DNA of 64,000 nt from Azolla caroliniana (Eukaryota; Plantae; Polypodiophyta). Below are positions 48,571-61,400 of the stretch, piece by piece. The position numbers and the translations under genes were made by a program. The stretch is from positions 17,856,001 to 17,920,000 of the forward strand of contig JBHGNT010000006.1 in the NCBI GenBank assembly GCA_043228905.1, read 5' to 3'. Each line of letters starts with the position of its first letter. Position 1 is the stretch's first letter. Under the pieces are notes generated by a model, which was not told the DNA's origin, searched no databases, and worked only from the letters and a program-made list of their open reading frames with translations.

Positions 48571-50619
48571 AGGAGTATGTTACGAGCGTAACCATATTGT
48601 ATAATGAATCATAGTTCTCTAACATTAATGGCATGTCTCCTATCCATATGGTACAATGAATCATAGTTCTCATCTCTTGAGTTTTGTGTTTCAATTTTGA
48701 TGTGGTCTCACTACTTATTTCCTTTAATTGAGTTGTAGAACTACTAGATCGAACAACTAGCAATTGTTCTAGTTGTATCCAACATATTGCACATCACATA
48801 CATAGAAAAGAACTATATTAAAAGTACATTGATGGCATTATGGTCCATTTACAATTCTAACATGAATCTAGGAAATGTTCCGCAACTCAGATTTTATCAA
48901 CATATAGCAATGAACATCTTGGTTTTTGTGTTAAGCGTTTAAAGAAGAGGAGTATTTGAGGAAACTTCCAAAACGTCTTCGTCACACCTTATCATTGTAG
49001 TCAAAATGTATTTCAGACTCATATAGAAACAAAAAACATTATAGTGTTTGTGATAAGTTTCTAGTTAATTGGCGAGATTTTGATGAGCCAACAATATCTT
49101 GGAAGATGAAAACATTTCAAAAAGGGAGGCCCAAATGACATTGTGAATACCCATAAAGGTGGATGACTATATCATGGACATGGGGAAAAGACTTAGTTTC
49201 ATGTTGTTATGTGGAGTGAGTTGCAAACTCATGAAAATAAACCTTCAAAGAAACCCTATAGTATTTCAAGAAGCCCTCAATAAATGTCTAAAGGGATTTC
49301 ACCCAATATTAAAATCTTTGGGGAAATAATGAAGTCAGAGACATTCAAGTTAAAATAGAAAAACCAAGGGTATTTTTAGAAGTTTCGCCTACAAATATAT
49401 ATAGTTGTAAGAGTAGAAGACACAATTTGTTCTTAGATTTTATATATGAACCAATATTACATTGGCATTATGAAATTGACATATTAAGATGTTTGAGGCA
49501 CTAATTGCGTACCTATGTTTACTATGTGATTGGAGTACATTTTAGACGTCTTATATGTTTGTGAAATAAGATATTATTATCTATGACATATGTGAAACTA
49601 CAATATAATGTATTAAAAATTTAAAACACTAGGTGTTTGAGGTATTTTCCTTTAAAAACACTAGGTGTTTGAGATTGTGTTGTTTTAAGGGTTTGCTCCT
49701 AAAACTGGCATCATAAACACTTGGATTTGAAATCATGCGAACTAACACCACACTACTCAAGGCATCCCTTTACTACATTTACCTTAACATGTTATCCAAC
49801 AAAATGCAATACATACTAATAAAAAAAGCTGATTGCACCCACCTTGGAGGGAAGTGTTGACCATGAAAAACACAAGGAAATGACATTGTCAAACTATATC
49901 ATGTGCAAAGCCTCACTCAAAGTTTCAAGGTAGATGTCATAAAACATGCATAGATTACAAACAAAATGAATATGTTGTCCTGATTAATGAATTTTGCAAG
50001 CAAATATTGTGTACTTCACATGTGCATTCATGCATGGCTTTGTAAGTTGTGTGAACCTTGAAATGGTTTGTATAATTTATGAAAATGGTTTCCTTGCTTT
50101 CTTCCAACATGTGAATTTGATGTAGGTTAGGTGGTTCTTTGAAGCAACCGAAAAACTCGCAAGAGTTGAACCTCTTCCTAAACACTCTCCACCTGAAAAA
50201 GGGTTACTCACCTTGGGATACTACTAGTTAATAGGGTCTAAAGGTAATAACAATTTTACTCATCCTTATCATTATGCCTAAACATTCAGACTTGTTGTGT
50301 TTTTAGGGGGGGAGGGAGGCAAATGAAGTTCCACACATCCAACACTCACTTATATACAAGAGGCAAACAAAACCTTTGCCTATTTCATTTACGAGAACCA
50401 TGGGAGTACATATAAACTTCGGTTATCGAATCAATACATATATGTATGCTTGTGGGCTTCATTAGGTTGGAGAAACTATTTGAGGCTCAAACTTTGATGA
50501 ATAACTTGGATTCTTTTGCCATCAGAACTAAAGCTTGAGGGGGGGGGGGGGGCTAGTTTTGTAAATTAGGCCGACTTGGTGGTTTTTTGCGTGTTATCTC
50601 TTCTTAGCTTCCAAAGAAG

Positions 50620-50947
50620 ACACACACACACACAACACAGCTGTAAAGCACTGGAAGAAAAGCTTAAATAAAAAAAATAAAAAAAGAGAGAAATAAAGAG
50701 GTCATCGTGCATGCGCATGGATGGATGGATGCAGGCGTGCATGCATGCATGCATGCATGCATCCTCTCCAACATCCTCCTATTCCTCTCTCTCTCTCTCT
50801 CTCTCTCTTTCGTTTCTCTATTCTTAACCACCTCCACCTCCTCCTCCTGAGGATGACAAAGGAAGTGAGAAGTTGTCTGTCCGCAGCGCATACATCCTCT
50901 CTCTAGGTTCTTGCCGTTTTAAGCCCCCGCAGAAACGTCCCTTCTTA

Positions 50948-50980
<33 letters not shown>

Positions 50981-50994
50981 TTAGCTCCCTCTGC

Positions 50995-51027
<33 letters not shown>

Positions 51028-51235
51028 GATAGCACTCTGCGTCTGCGTCTGCGTCTGCGTGCCGGGCCATGGCGAAGTGAACCCAACCACGCCCCCTCCC
51101 TTCCTTTTCTCTCTCGTCTCTGCGTCTTTGTGTGTGTGTGTGGGCGCGCTCCTTTCTTCTTTCACTCTCTTTCTGCTCAGACAAAAGAAAGAAAGAAAGG
51201 AAGACAGAGAGAGAGAGAGAGAGAGAGAGGGAAGG
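50620..51235 (+). promoter_or_regulatory. Microsatellite-rich promoter/5' leader of DWF1, including an RY-type (CATG)n array at 50738-50762
   Basis: (CA)n, (ATGC)6, (CT)n, (CATA)n, (GCGTCT)n, (GT)n and (GA)n lie immediately upstream of the ATG. The TSS is unknown. Confidence 0.5.
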
Positions 51236-51252
51236 AGAGGTTTTTTTCCGCC

Positions 51253-52566
51253 ATGTCTGAGCAGCAGCAAAAGCAGCAGCTTCATGAGCCCCTCCTGGTG
51301 GCTCCTCCCCCCCCCAATAGCAGCAGCAGCAGCGTGGTGGTGCGGGCGAAGAGGAAGAAAGACATTGTGGATTACCTGGTGAAGTTCCGATGGATCCTCG
51401 TCATCTTCGTGGTCCTCCCCATCTCCACCCTCTTCGACATTGCGTCGTACATGTCCCAGAAGTGGTCGTCATGGAAGTCGTACGAGCGGCGGCAGCAGGA
51501 GCACGAGGCGAATGTGGGGAAGGTGATGAAGCGGCTCAAGGAGCGGGACCCGAAGCGCGATGGCCTGGTGTGCACCGCCCGGAAGCCCTACATTGCGGTG
51601 GGGATGCGGAATGTGGACTACAAGCGAGCCCGCCACTTCGAGGTAGACCTCTCCTGCTTCAACAACATCTTGGACATCAACAGGGACACCATGGTGGCAC
51701 GCGTGGAGCCCCTTGTGAACATGGGCCAGATCACACGCGAGACCGTCCCCTTGAACCTTGCCCTAGCTGTCGTGGCCGAGCTCGACGACCTCACTGTCGG
51801 CGGCCTCATCAATGGCTATGGCATTGAAGGTAGCTCCCACATCTATGGCCTCTTTGCAGACACTGTCGTCTCCTATGACATTGTCCTCGCAGACGGTCGC
51901 CTCGTCAAGGCCACCGCCGACAATGAATTCTCTGACCTCTTCTACGCCATCCCTTGGTCTCAAGGCACCCTCGGCCTCCTTGTCGCCGCCGAGATCAAGC
52001 TCATCCCCATCAAGGAATACATGAAAGTCACCTACAAACCTGTGCGCGGCACTCTCCGAGAGCTCGGCAATGCATACATTGAGTCCTTTACTGACCCCGA
52101 TGGAAATCAAGACAGCTCTGACAAGGTCCCCGATTTCGTCGAGACCATGATCTATAACGAGTCGGAGGCCGTCTGCATGACAGGCATGTATGCTTCAGCC
52201 CAAGAAGCCAAGAAGAAAGGCAATAAGATTAACCAGCAGCGGTGGTGGTTCAAGCAGTGGTTTTATCAACATGCTCAAACTGCCCTTAAGAATGGCGAGT
52301 TTGTGGAGTATATACCGACTAGGGATTTTTACCACAGGCATACTAGGAGCATATATTGGGAGGGGAAGCTCATCCTGCCTTTCGCTGATCAATTCTGGTT
52401 CCGATACCTTCTCGGTTGGCTCATGCCACCCAAGGTTTCCTTCCTCAAAGCCACTCAAGGTGATGCTATCCGGAATTATTACCATGAAAAGCATGTGATT
52501 CAAGACATGCTTATTCCCCTCTACAAGGTGCCTGATGCACTCGAATTCTCCCATCAAGAATTAGAG
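51253..52566 (+). CDS. DWF1: Delta(24)-sterol reductase DWF1/DIMINUTO, coding exon 1
   Basis: KFRWILVIFVVLP TM anchor, DGLVCTARKP, FAD-binding VEPLVNMGQ...ELDDLTVGGLINGYGIEGSSHIYGLF, and a GT donor at 52567 after HQELE. Confidence 0.96.
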
Positions 52567-52777
52567 GTATGTTCCTTACTTGCATTCCTCCCGATCTCTT
52601 TCTTTAATTGGTTCTTGTTTTATCGATGCTTTATTAGAGGTAAAGGATTTTCTACCAGGAGCTTATGCAGCTCAATGTGTATACAAAATGTTGTACAATT
52701 AGTTTTTCTTTTCCGGCTTTTTCTAGAAGGTTTTTATTTTGTTAACTGCAAATGATCCCCCCTTTTTTGTGGTGTAG

Positions 52778-53224
52778 CTTTACCCGATTTGGCTATGTCC
52801 TCACAAGCTTTACAAGTTCCCAATGAAGACCATGATATATCCTGAGCCTGGATTCGAGAGACACAAGCGACGAGGAGATACACCGTATGCTCAAATGTAT
52901 ACTGATGTTGGCTTATACTATACACCCAACCCTATACTTAGAGGTGAAGAATTTGATGGAATCGAGGCATGCCGTCGGATTGAGCAATGGCTGATTGAGA
53001 ACCATGGATTCCAAGCATTGTATGCGGTGACTGAGCTTAATGAGAAAGACTTCTGGCGCATGTTTGATAATAGCCTTTATAACCGTGTCCGGGAGAAGTA
53101 TAAGGCCGTTGGGACATTCATGAGTGTTTATTACAAATCGAAGAAAGGGCGTAAAACCGAGAAAGAAGTTCAAGATGAAGAGCAAAAATTAACTGATAAT
53201 GCGTATGCGGACCTCGAAGCTTGA
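52778..53224 (+). CDS. DWF1: DWF1 coding exon 2 (spliced protein ~586 aa)
   Basis: A 211-bp GT..AG phase-0 intron precedes LYPIWLCPHKL...QMYTDVGLYY...FMSVYYKSKKGRKTEKEV...TGA. Confidence 0.95.
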   Translation, partial: LYPIWLCPHKLYKFPMKTMIYPEPGFERHKRRGDTPYAQMYTDVGLYYTPNPILRGEEFDGIEACRRIEQWLIENHGFQALYAVTELNEKDFWRMFDNSLYNRVREKYKAVGTFMSVYYKSKKGRKTEKEVQDEEQKLTDNAYADLEA

Positions 53225-54141
53225 AAATCTGACCTCCTGCATTTTTAATTGTCCTATTAATGGCAATTCTTTTCTTTGGGTTAAGTTGTTTTCCTTTTTA
53301 GTCACCCTGTTTATCTAAACCTCTGTTTTTTTTTTTTGCATCGTAATTCCATGTCTATGAAGGAGGAGCTTTTTGCAATAATTTCGATAGATAATAATCA
53401 GTGTGCATTGCAAAGTCCTCCTCATTTGATCTGCGTTTTAGCTCAAGAAAGCCTAGAACACAATCAACCAACCAACCTTACTGAAATTCTTTTATATTTT
53501 AGAGTTGCTTCTCTTATAATGTAAGGTCTTGGATTGAACGTCCTATAATCTAATGCGATTTTGTTTTTTTCACAAAAAATGCCAGAAAAAAGTCTCCAAA
53601 AATATTGTGCAACCTTTTTATATTGTTGATTTACTGATGATTTAATAATATTATGATGTTCTGATTCAGCACTTACCAAAGATACGACTAACAATTAGTG
53701 AAATTTGTCATTTGAATCTTTTGATGTTAAATTTCTCATGATTCTGAGTTGTTAAGTATGTGTACTCTGATCTAAGTTTAAATTTCTATGTGAACTCTTG
53801 AAGGTAAAACAAATGAGTTCTACGATCTCTGTTTTCTCATGCATTTGAGATTAGACTGGGAAATTATGGGTTGAAAGTTTGTGAGATGTTTGTTTTTGGC
53901 AATATTTCCCTACTATTATGAACTATTTAATGTGGTTTGTTTTGAGTGAGTGAATGCAAGATTATTGATTTTGGGTTGGGCTTGAGGGACCCCTGAATTC
54001 ATTAAAATTTGGTCATGGAAATTTGATCTAGTCTTTTTAAGTAATATAACTTTTTGTTGTGCAACTAACATCCAATCTGCCTTCACAATGCTACTGCCCA
54101 CTATCTACTGGCTGTAAAATGTTAGAAGTCACCCCAAATGC

Positions 54142-54144
<3 letters not shown>

Positions 54145-54174
<30 letters not shown>
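54145..54174. repeat. (AT)n microsatellite
   Basis: Directly visible. Confidence 0.9.
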
Positions 54175-54177
<3 letters not shown>

Positions 54178-55320
54178 AAGGGTAAGATCAACCAACTCTT
54201 TATCCATTGGTAATATCATGGCAAACCATCTGATTCACCCTAACACTGTCTAGAGAGAACCAAGAGCTAATATTGATTGAATGTGCAGTTATGAAGATGA
54301 AGTGTATTAAAGTCTCCAAAGAGAGCAATTTGGTGTATGAGATCGGACTGATGTACATTTTTTGCTTGTCCACTTGTTCAAGAAATGGAAATTAACATGC
54401 ACTCAATAGAAATGAAAAAGGTAAAATCAGTCATGTTGGCCCATCCCAAATCTTGAGGATACATTTCAACTCAATTGTACTAATGCATTTGAGGAGGCAC
54501 GGAGTGTTGACTGAAACCTCTTAATACTCCATAAAGGTGGTGAGCACATTCTTTCGCGCATGTGGTAGACTTGAGTTATCTCTTCATAAAGAAGGGTTGT
54601 GAATCGTGATTTGAAAGGCAGATAAAGATTATCATTAAAGAGGGGATGGTCATGTGAGTTTAAACATGAAGTAGAGAGAGAATTCATTTACCTCCAACAA
54701 GTGTAAAACTCTTGGGTCCCTAATGTTGGCTAGGGCTAGAATCGATCTTTTTTATTCCTCCTATCAATTTTCATTACTACAAAATGTACATGCTGAGCAA
54801 TGAATGCCGAATGGGTATCATGTCTAAACAAAAGACCTATTAATTACATTACATGTGATATAAAGAGCAATAATATGATAACTATTAAGTATTGAGAGAC
54901 CTCATCCAAGATAGTTGTCATATGTGAGGTTTTGAATCTCATATGTCGTCTATCTAATGTGGTAGATCACATAATGGCATGTTGATCTACATTTTTAAAT
55001 TTAGGCATAACTCTATTCTTTTGATTAAAAGGTTAGAAGTCAACAATGTTTTTTTGTTGTTGAGATAGTGGGTGTCCAATGTTTGGCTTGACGCAACTCT
55101 TGCATAATGTATTATTGGATTCACATGCACTATTCTTAACATGATTATTTTGCACTAATTTTGCACAATGCTCAATACATGTTCTACAAGCTCTAATATA
55201 AAGGAGGTGCAAGGTAAAAGTCTCGAGATTAGCATCTAGCATGATGTGAAATACTCAAATGTATGAACGTGTCATCATAGTGGGAAAAGTTCGGGTCTAC
55301 GTTTCCATATGTATTGTATA

Positions 55321-56871
55321 GGGAAAAAGTACCAGGATACCCTTGGAAGTTCGCCTATTTACCAAAATGCCCCGGGAGTTTCAAATTTACCAAACTACCC
55401 CTATGTCCAAAAAAATACACTTTATAAAGTAATTATACACTCAAATCTACAAGCCCTATTTACAAGAATACCCTTTCAAACACAAATTTCTTTACTTAAA
55501 CGATTCTTTACATCTAATTCCATTCATCATTAATCACTAATCATTCATCATTAATCACTCATTAATCATTAATCACTCATTAATCATTAATCATTAATCA
55601 CTAATAATTAATCATTAATCATTAATCATGATAATTAGATGTTTGGGAATTGATCCTTAGCAAGTTACATAATCTTAGGGTTTGGGACATGCAGACATGG
55701 AAATCAATCAGAAGCTCCATTTGAAGAATGGTGTAGGGTTTGGAAAGGAAGGAAGGTGAGAATCGAACTAAGAAAGAATGGCGGATTAGGGTAAGAACGG
55801 AAGGATGGAGAAAGAGTTTGTTGCAAGGGGAGAGGGGAGAAGGATTAATGAAAGGTATTTGGAGCTATTAATCGATTAATTACCTCTTCATCAGAGACTG
55901 GATTTAGCCAAGAGATTGACAATACAGAAGGATCAGAGGATTGAAAGCAGAAACAGACACAGAGAGACTAGAGATAGAGAGGGAGATGGATTGAAAAGAA
56001 GAAGCACAGAGAGAGAGAGAGAAAAGAGAAATGGAAAGAAACAGGAAGTTAGCTAGCTAATTAGGGTTTAGGGTGAGGGAATTTAAACAGAGAAGACCGA
56101 GGATTTAAAACAAAAAGGAGCACAAGATGGGAAGACAAATTAAAGAGATGAAAGCGAGAGAAGAGAGAGAGAGAGAGAGAACTTAGATATGGCGATGACA
56201 ATGGAGACAACGATTGAGAGACATTATACATATATATATGGATATGGATGGATAGATCGATCCGTAGAGATTTAGGTTTGACAAAGAAAAAGGAAACGAG
56301 GAATTGAGAAATAGACAGAAAGACAGTCAAACAGACAGACAGAGAAGAAGAGACTGTAGAATAATTATGGAGGAATAGAAGTAATTACAGGACAGGTATT
56401 AAAGAGGGAAAGAAATACAGAGAAGAAGAAGAAGACATGGATGGGATTAAGAAAAAAGAGCAAAAAATGTGGTAATGGAATTAATTAAATAGAGACCCCA
56501 CTCATTTTTCTTTTCAATACCAATTCCAAATTCCCTCTGTAATTCGAAGAGATTAAAATTTATGATGATTAATGATTAATGTATAATGATTAGTGATTAA
56601 TGATGAATGATTAGTGATTAATGATGAATGATTAGTGATTAATGATAAATTATTAGTGATTAATGATGAATGGAATTAGATGTAAAAAATCGCTTAAGTA
56701 AAGAAATTTGTGTTTGAAGGGTATTCTGGTAAATAAAGCTTGTAGATTTGAGTGTATAATTACTTTATAAAGTGTATTTTTTTGGATATAGGGGTAGTTT
56801 GGTAAATTTGGAACTCACAAGGGCATTCTGGTAAATAGGCAAACATCGAGGGGTATCCTGGCACTTTTCCC
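55321..56871. mobile_element. Non-autonomous Mutator-like element (MULE)
   Basis: ~300-bp TIRs (GGGAAAA...TTTTCCC) with inner ttaatca tandem repeats, a perfect 9-bp TSD TATTGTATA and no transposase. Confidence 0.93.
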
Positions 56872-58477
56872 TATTGTATATTATGTTACCCTCAATGCTA
56901 TTTTATGAGTGATGGTGATACCTATAAGATATTTTGCTTCCATAGAAGTTTTAAGAGCAAGACACCGTGGTCATTGATACATCATATGTTGCATAACAAG
57001 GATTCTTATGTTTGACCTTAAAGGTCTCATACTTACAACAATGAATGGTGTTGTGGGGAAAAGGATGAACCTTTTCTTTCTTATGAGCACAAAACCTTTA
57101 TGTCGAACAAAACATTAGATCCATTTTACGATATGTGGAGAGGTGAAGAGAGGAGTGAAGATGCAACATTTTTTGTTTCAAATGAATGGGAGACAATCCT
57201 AGGACTTTCATGAATGCCAATGGGCACCTCAATGGAATAGTCATTACCATCGCTAGACAAAAATACTGGGAGATTATGCCCACCGGCCAAAAATATTATC
57301 AAGGTTGTTAGAAAACTTGAGTGGGAGAATAAGCTCCACCACTAAGGAAGGTGGAGAAGCAGAAGACTTGAAGGCCACCAAGAAGCAAACGTTCTAGGTA
57401 TGGTGCATGAGGTGCTCCATTGGCAAACCACTTCCTCGAGACTATATCACACTATATTTAGTCATTTGAAATCAACGATGGGATGTTCATTTTGGCATTC
57501 ATTGATAAACACCATTCAACCCTCACCATTTTTTTACACACAATTCAACAATTTGATCCATTGGTAACTCAAACATTAAAATGTATACCCTACCATTTTA
57601 TCGTATACCCAAATATATGATCCAATAATTCTCTATTTGACATCACCTAGATCGTGTTCATCTTACTTACATGATGTCCTTCCGTTATCTATGGTTAGAA
57701 GGTGACAAATCCACCTTTTCAAAGAGGTACAAAATGGTCTCATGATGTTCCTAACTTGTAATTCTTTCTATTGGATAACATCTCCCAAATTCTAACATGG
57801 TTTGTAAGATAAACAAATGTAGTTGTAGAAGATAACGATTGTTAGGCCCTCCCAAATGAGAGTGTCATTGTGTGATGAAGCTATCTTCCTTATTGAGTGA
57901 ACAATAGGGAGTAACTCTGTGCACTTTATTTTTCCCAAAAAATCTCTTTGCACTTTTTATGTTCTTGTTGTAATCATTTGACAAAATATTTGTCTATCAT
58001 ATGTGGCTTGGAAATACCTTTCAAAGTATGAGACAATCCATTTATTATATTCTCCTTTCTTCCACTAGTTTGAATATTGTAGTAATGATCGCAAAATTAT
58101 TTGATAATTGAATGCAGATATTGTATACCCTTTAGAGTCTAACGGTTTTTTATTTCAGGAGGATGTGTGAATTTTTTAGCCTTGTCAAATTGTTAACAAG
58201 AAATACAAAATCTAAAATTTTATGAATATGTTCATTCATCTTTCATGTAATGATGATTGTCCTTAATAATTTTCTTTGATTCAATTTCTTGATGGACCAA
58301 AATTCAAGGTTGAAGCCATTAGTTTCAAACTCATGTGTGACAAGCTATATTACTTTTAGGATTGGTTGGATTACTTTTAAATGTACTTCTTTCCAAACAC
58401 TTCGATCCAAAAGGTGGTATGAAAATAGTATTGCAATTAAAAGCATGTCAAGTGATATAACATTTATTAATTAGGTC

Positions 58478-61400
58478 TGTTGGGTGACAAGCTCAACATT
58501 GGGTGCGTAATACGGTGCATAATCCAGTGCGTAGACTGGGTGCGTAAAACAGTACGCATAATGTGGCCGTAGCGATGCGTAAACCTCGACGCCGTTGGAA
58601 AGATATTCCACGTAGGAATATATTTTGGAGTTAGTGTAGAGCTCATTTATGAGCAGTCAGGTACTGTCAGTACTTGTGTCAGCCCGATTGTCAGGGCTTG
58701 TATATAAGGTGCTCACTGAGCACGAAGTATGTACAGAACAAAGAATTATTTTGAATTTGATCTATAGTGTGTCTCTCTCTGTCTTTCTCTCCCTCTCCAT
58801 GTCCATCTCTGTGTTTTCTGTGTTTATTGAACTACTTTGCGTTTATGCATACGCTTCCGCACAACGTATTCTTTTACATGGTATCAGAGCGCGAGGGTTG
58901 AAGTCCTCTGCAGTCGACAAGAAAAGCTTGCGACAAAACAGAGTTGAAGTTGTTCTTCGTTTTCTTTTCGGAAAAGGAAAAGACATCAGATATGGACAGA
59001 GGTATGGGAAGCTCGCTACCGACTGAGAAGCTCGACAGGAGCAACTACGCATCTTGGTCGTACAAGATGCACCAGTATCTACTCGGTCACGGCTATTGGA
59101 GTTATGTCGAAGGAGCTAATGATGTAGCACCCGATTCGACACACAGAGATTTTTCGGCTTGGGAACAAGCGGCAAGCAAAGTTCTCTACTGCTTTGCATC
59201 CTGTGTGAGCGACCAACTATTGAGCTATATTTGGGATGCTAAGATGCCAAAGGACGCGTGGACGAATCTCAAAAAGCTCTTCGCCGCAAGCACTACAACC
59301 AGGAAGCTTCACCTCAGGCAAGAGTTGACAAATGTACGACAACGAGATATGTCGGTGCCTGACTACACCACCAAGATCAAAGAAATTTGCGACTCACTCG
59401 CCTCTGTCAACGTGAACGTTGAGGAGGACGAGATGGTGCAGGTTTGTCTTGGCGGGTTAGCGTCTAAGTTCGGAGCTTTCCGAATGGTGGTCTGCACGAG
59501 GGAGAATACGCCTTCGTTTTTCGAGATTCAGTCAATGTTGCTCGTAGAAGAAAACCACGCGGGTGTGTCAGAAGTCGCATTACGCGGAAGGCTCGGAACG
59601 AGCCGGAAATGGAGCGGGCCCTGCCTTCATAAAGAAGCATAAGGCCAACTCAATGGCCGTGAACACCTCGAAATCAAGCGAGGTGTGGTATGTCGATTCC
59701 GGAGCGTCAAATCATATGATTAGTCACGAGGAATGGTTCTCGTACTTGGAGAAACCGGAATCATGAGGGGTTGTCGAAACGGGAGATGACACCCCGCATA
59801 CCATCAAACATGTCGGTGAAGTTCCCCTCAGCCACGTCGGACAGAAAGGGAAGCTTATGAATGTGTTGCACGTCCCGACAATAACGAAGAACTTGGTGTC
59901 GGTCGGTCATATCGTCGACCAAGGTATGCAAGTTCGATTCACGCACCTCGGCTGCTTCATAGAAGAGGAAGGCAAAGTGATTGCACAAGGGTGCCGTGAA
60001 GGGAGGATGTTTATCCTTGACACTAATCAAGCTGGAACCGCATTGTACGTGAAAGGACAAAAGGTCGAATCGGATATCGACCTGTGGCACAAGCGGTTTG
60101 GCCACATAAATTTCCCACGGCTTCGTGAAATGCAAACAAAGAACATCATGTTCGGATTGCCGAAATTTCGGGGCTATGATGCCCAAGTCTGCGAAGCCTA
60201 TCAGATGGGAAAACAACACCGACTTCCATTCCCCAATGAGCGTACTCGTAGTCGAAGTTCACTGGACTTGATCCATTCGGATGTGTGGGGACCAACACAG
60301 AACGTGAGTCTCGGTGGAAGCCGTTACTTTGTAACCTTCATCGACGACTTCACTCGGCACATGTGGGCATGCATGATTGAGAAGAAGAGCGAAGTCTTTG
60401 CATGTTTCTTGAAGGTGAAGAGTCTCGCGGAAAGGGAAACGGGGCGTAAGATCAAAGTCCTACGGTCCGATGGCGGGAAGGAGTACTTCTCCAACCAGTT
60501 CACATGTTATCTACGGAAGGAGGGAATTCGATGCAAATTCTCATGTAGATACACGCCGCAGCAAAACGGCGTGGCCGAGTGGAAGAATCAGACGATTGAA
60601 GAAGCGGCTAGGGCAATGCTTGAAGAGAAGCATATGCCAAAATTCTATTGGGTTGAAGCTGTGAAGAAGGCTGTCTACCTAATAAATCGGACTTCTGCTA
60701 ATGGAGGAGTGTCGCCACATGAGCTGTATTTCGGGAAGAAGCCGAACTTGGCACACTCGAGGATTTTCGACAGCATCACGTATGTGCACGTGCCGAAGGA
60801 GAAAAGGAGGAAACTGGATGCTAAAGTTGAGAAATGTATCTTGGTCGGCTATTCAGATGAGCAGAAAGGGTATAAGTGTTATAACCCTCGAACAAAGGAA
60901 GTACGCGTAAGCCGCGACGTCGTGTTCGACGAGTCTGCTTCGTGGTACTTGCCTTCACCTCCAGTACCTCAAGACTCCATTCCGATTTCTGAAGAAGAGA
61001 TCAACGAGGCTGAAATGCCTCCGCATGATGAGGACGTCGGAGCTCTGAAAGAGAGTCCGATCTCATTTCGGCTTAGCGGGCCGAATGAAAGGTTGGGCAA
61101 AGATGGCCAACCAGATGATGAGATGGGAAGTAGTGGAGACCTAACCGTGATGTCCCCGCGTAAAGAACTGAGGAGACGGTTTACACGCAAGGAGAAGGGC
61201 AAGAAGAAAATGCCGGAGTATGATTTCGGCAGCGCTGAGTCAGTTCGAAGCGAATCTGACATTGAGCCGATCGTAAAGAAACCTCCGCGGAAGAGGTCAA
61301 AATCGGCTGAAAAGGTCGTTAAATCGGGTAATCATGATTTACGCCGATCTACCTGCTAGAAGAACCCCGTAAAAAGGTACAGGTATAATGAATACATGAT

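Noticed and set aside
48571-50500. Short ORFs upstream of DWF1
   Set aside because: AT-rich with no recognisable domains or splice-consistent structure.
51130-52755. 541-aa single-exon ORF as the DWF1 protein
   Set aside because: It starts in microsatellites and runs into the intron. The spliced model restores the conserved YPIWLCPH.
56900-58470. Possible decayed retroelement or pararetrovirus coding relic
   Set aside because: No diagnostic motif could be recovered by eye. It needs tBLASTx.
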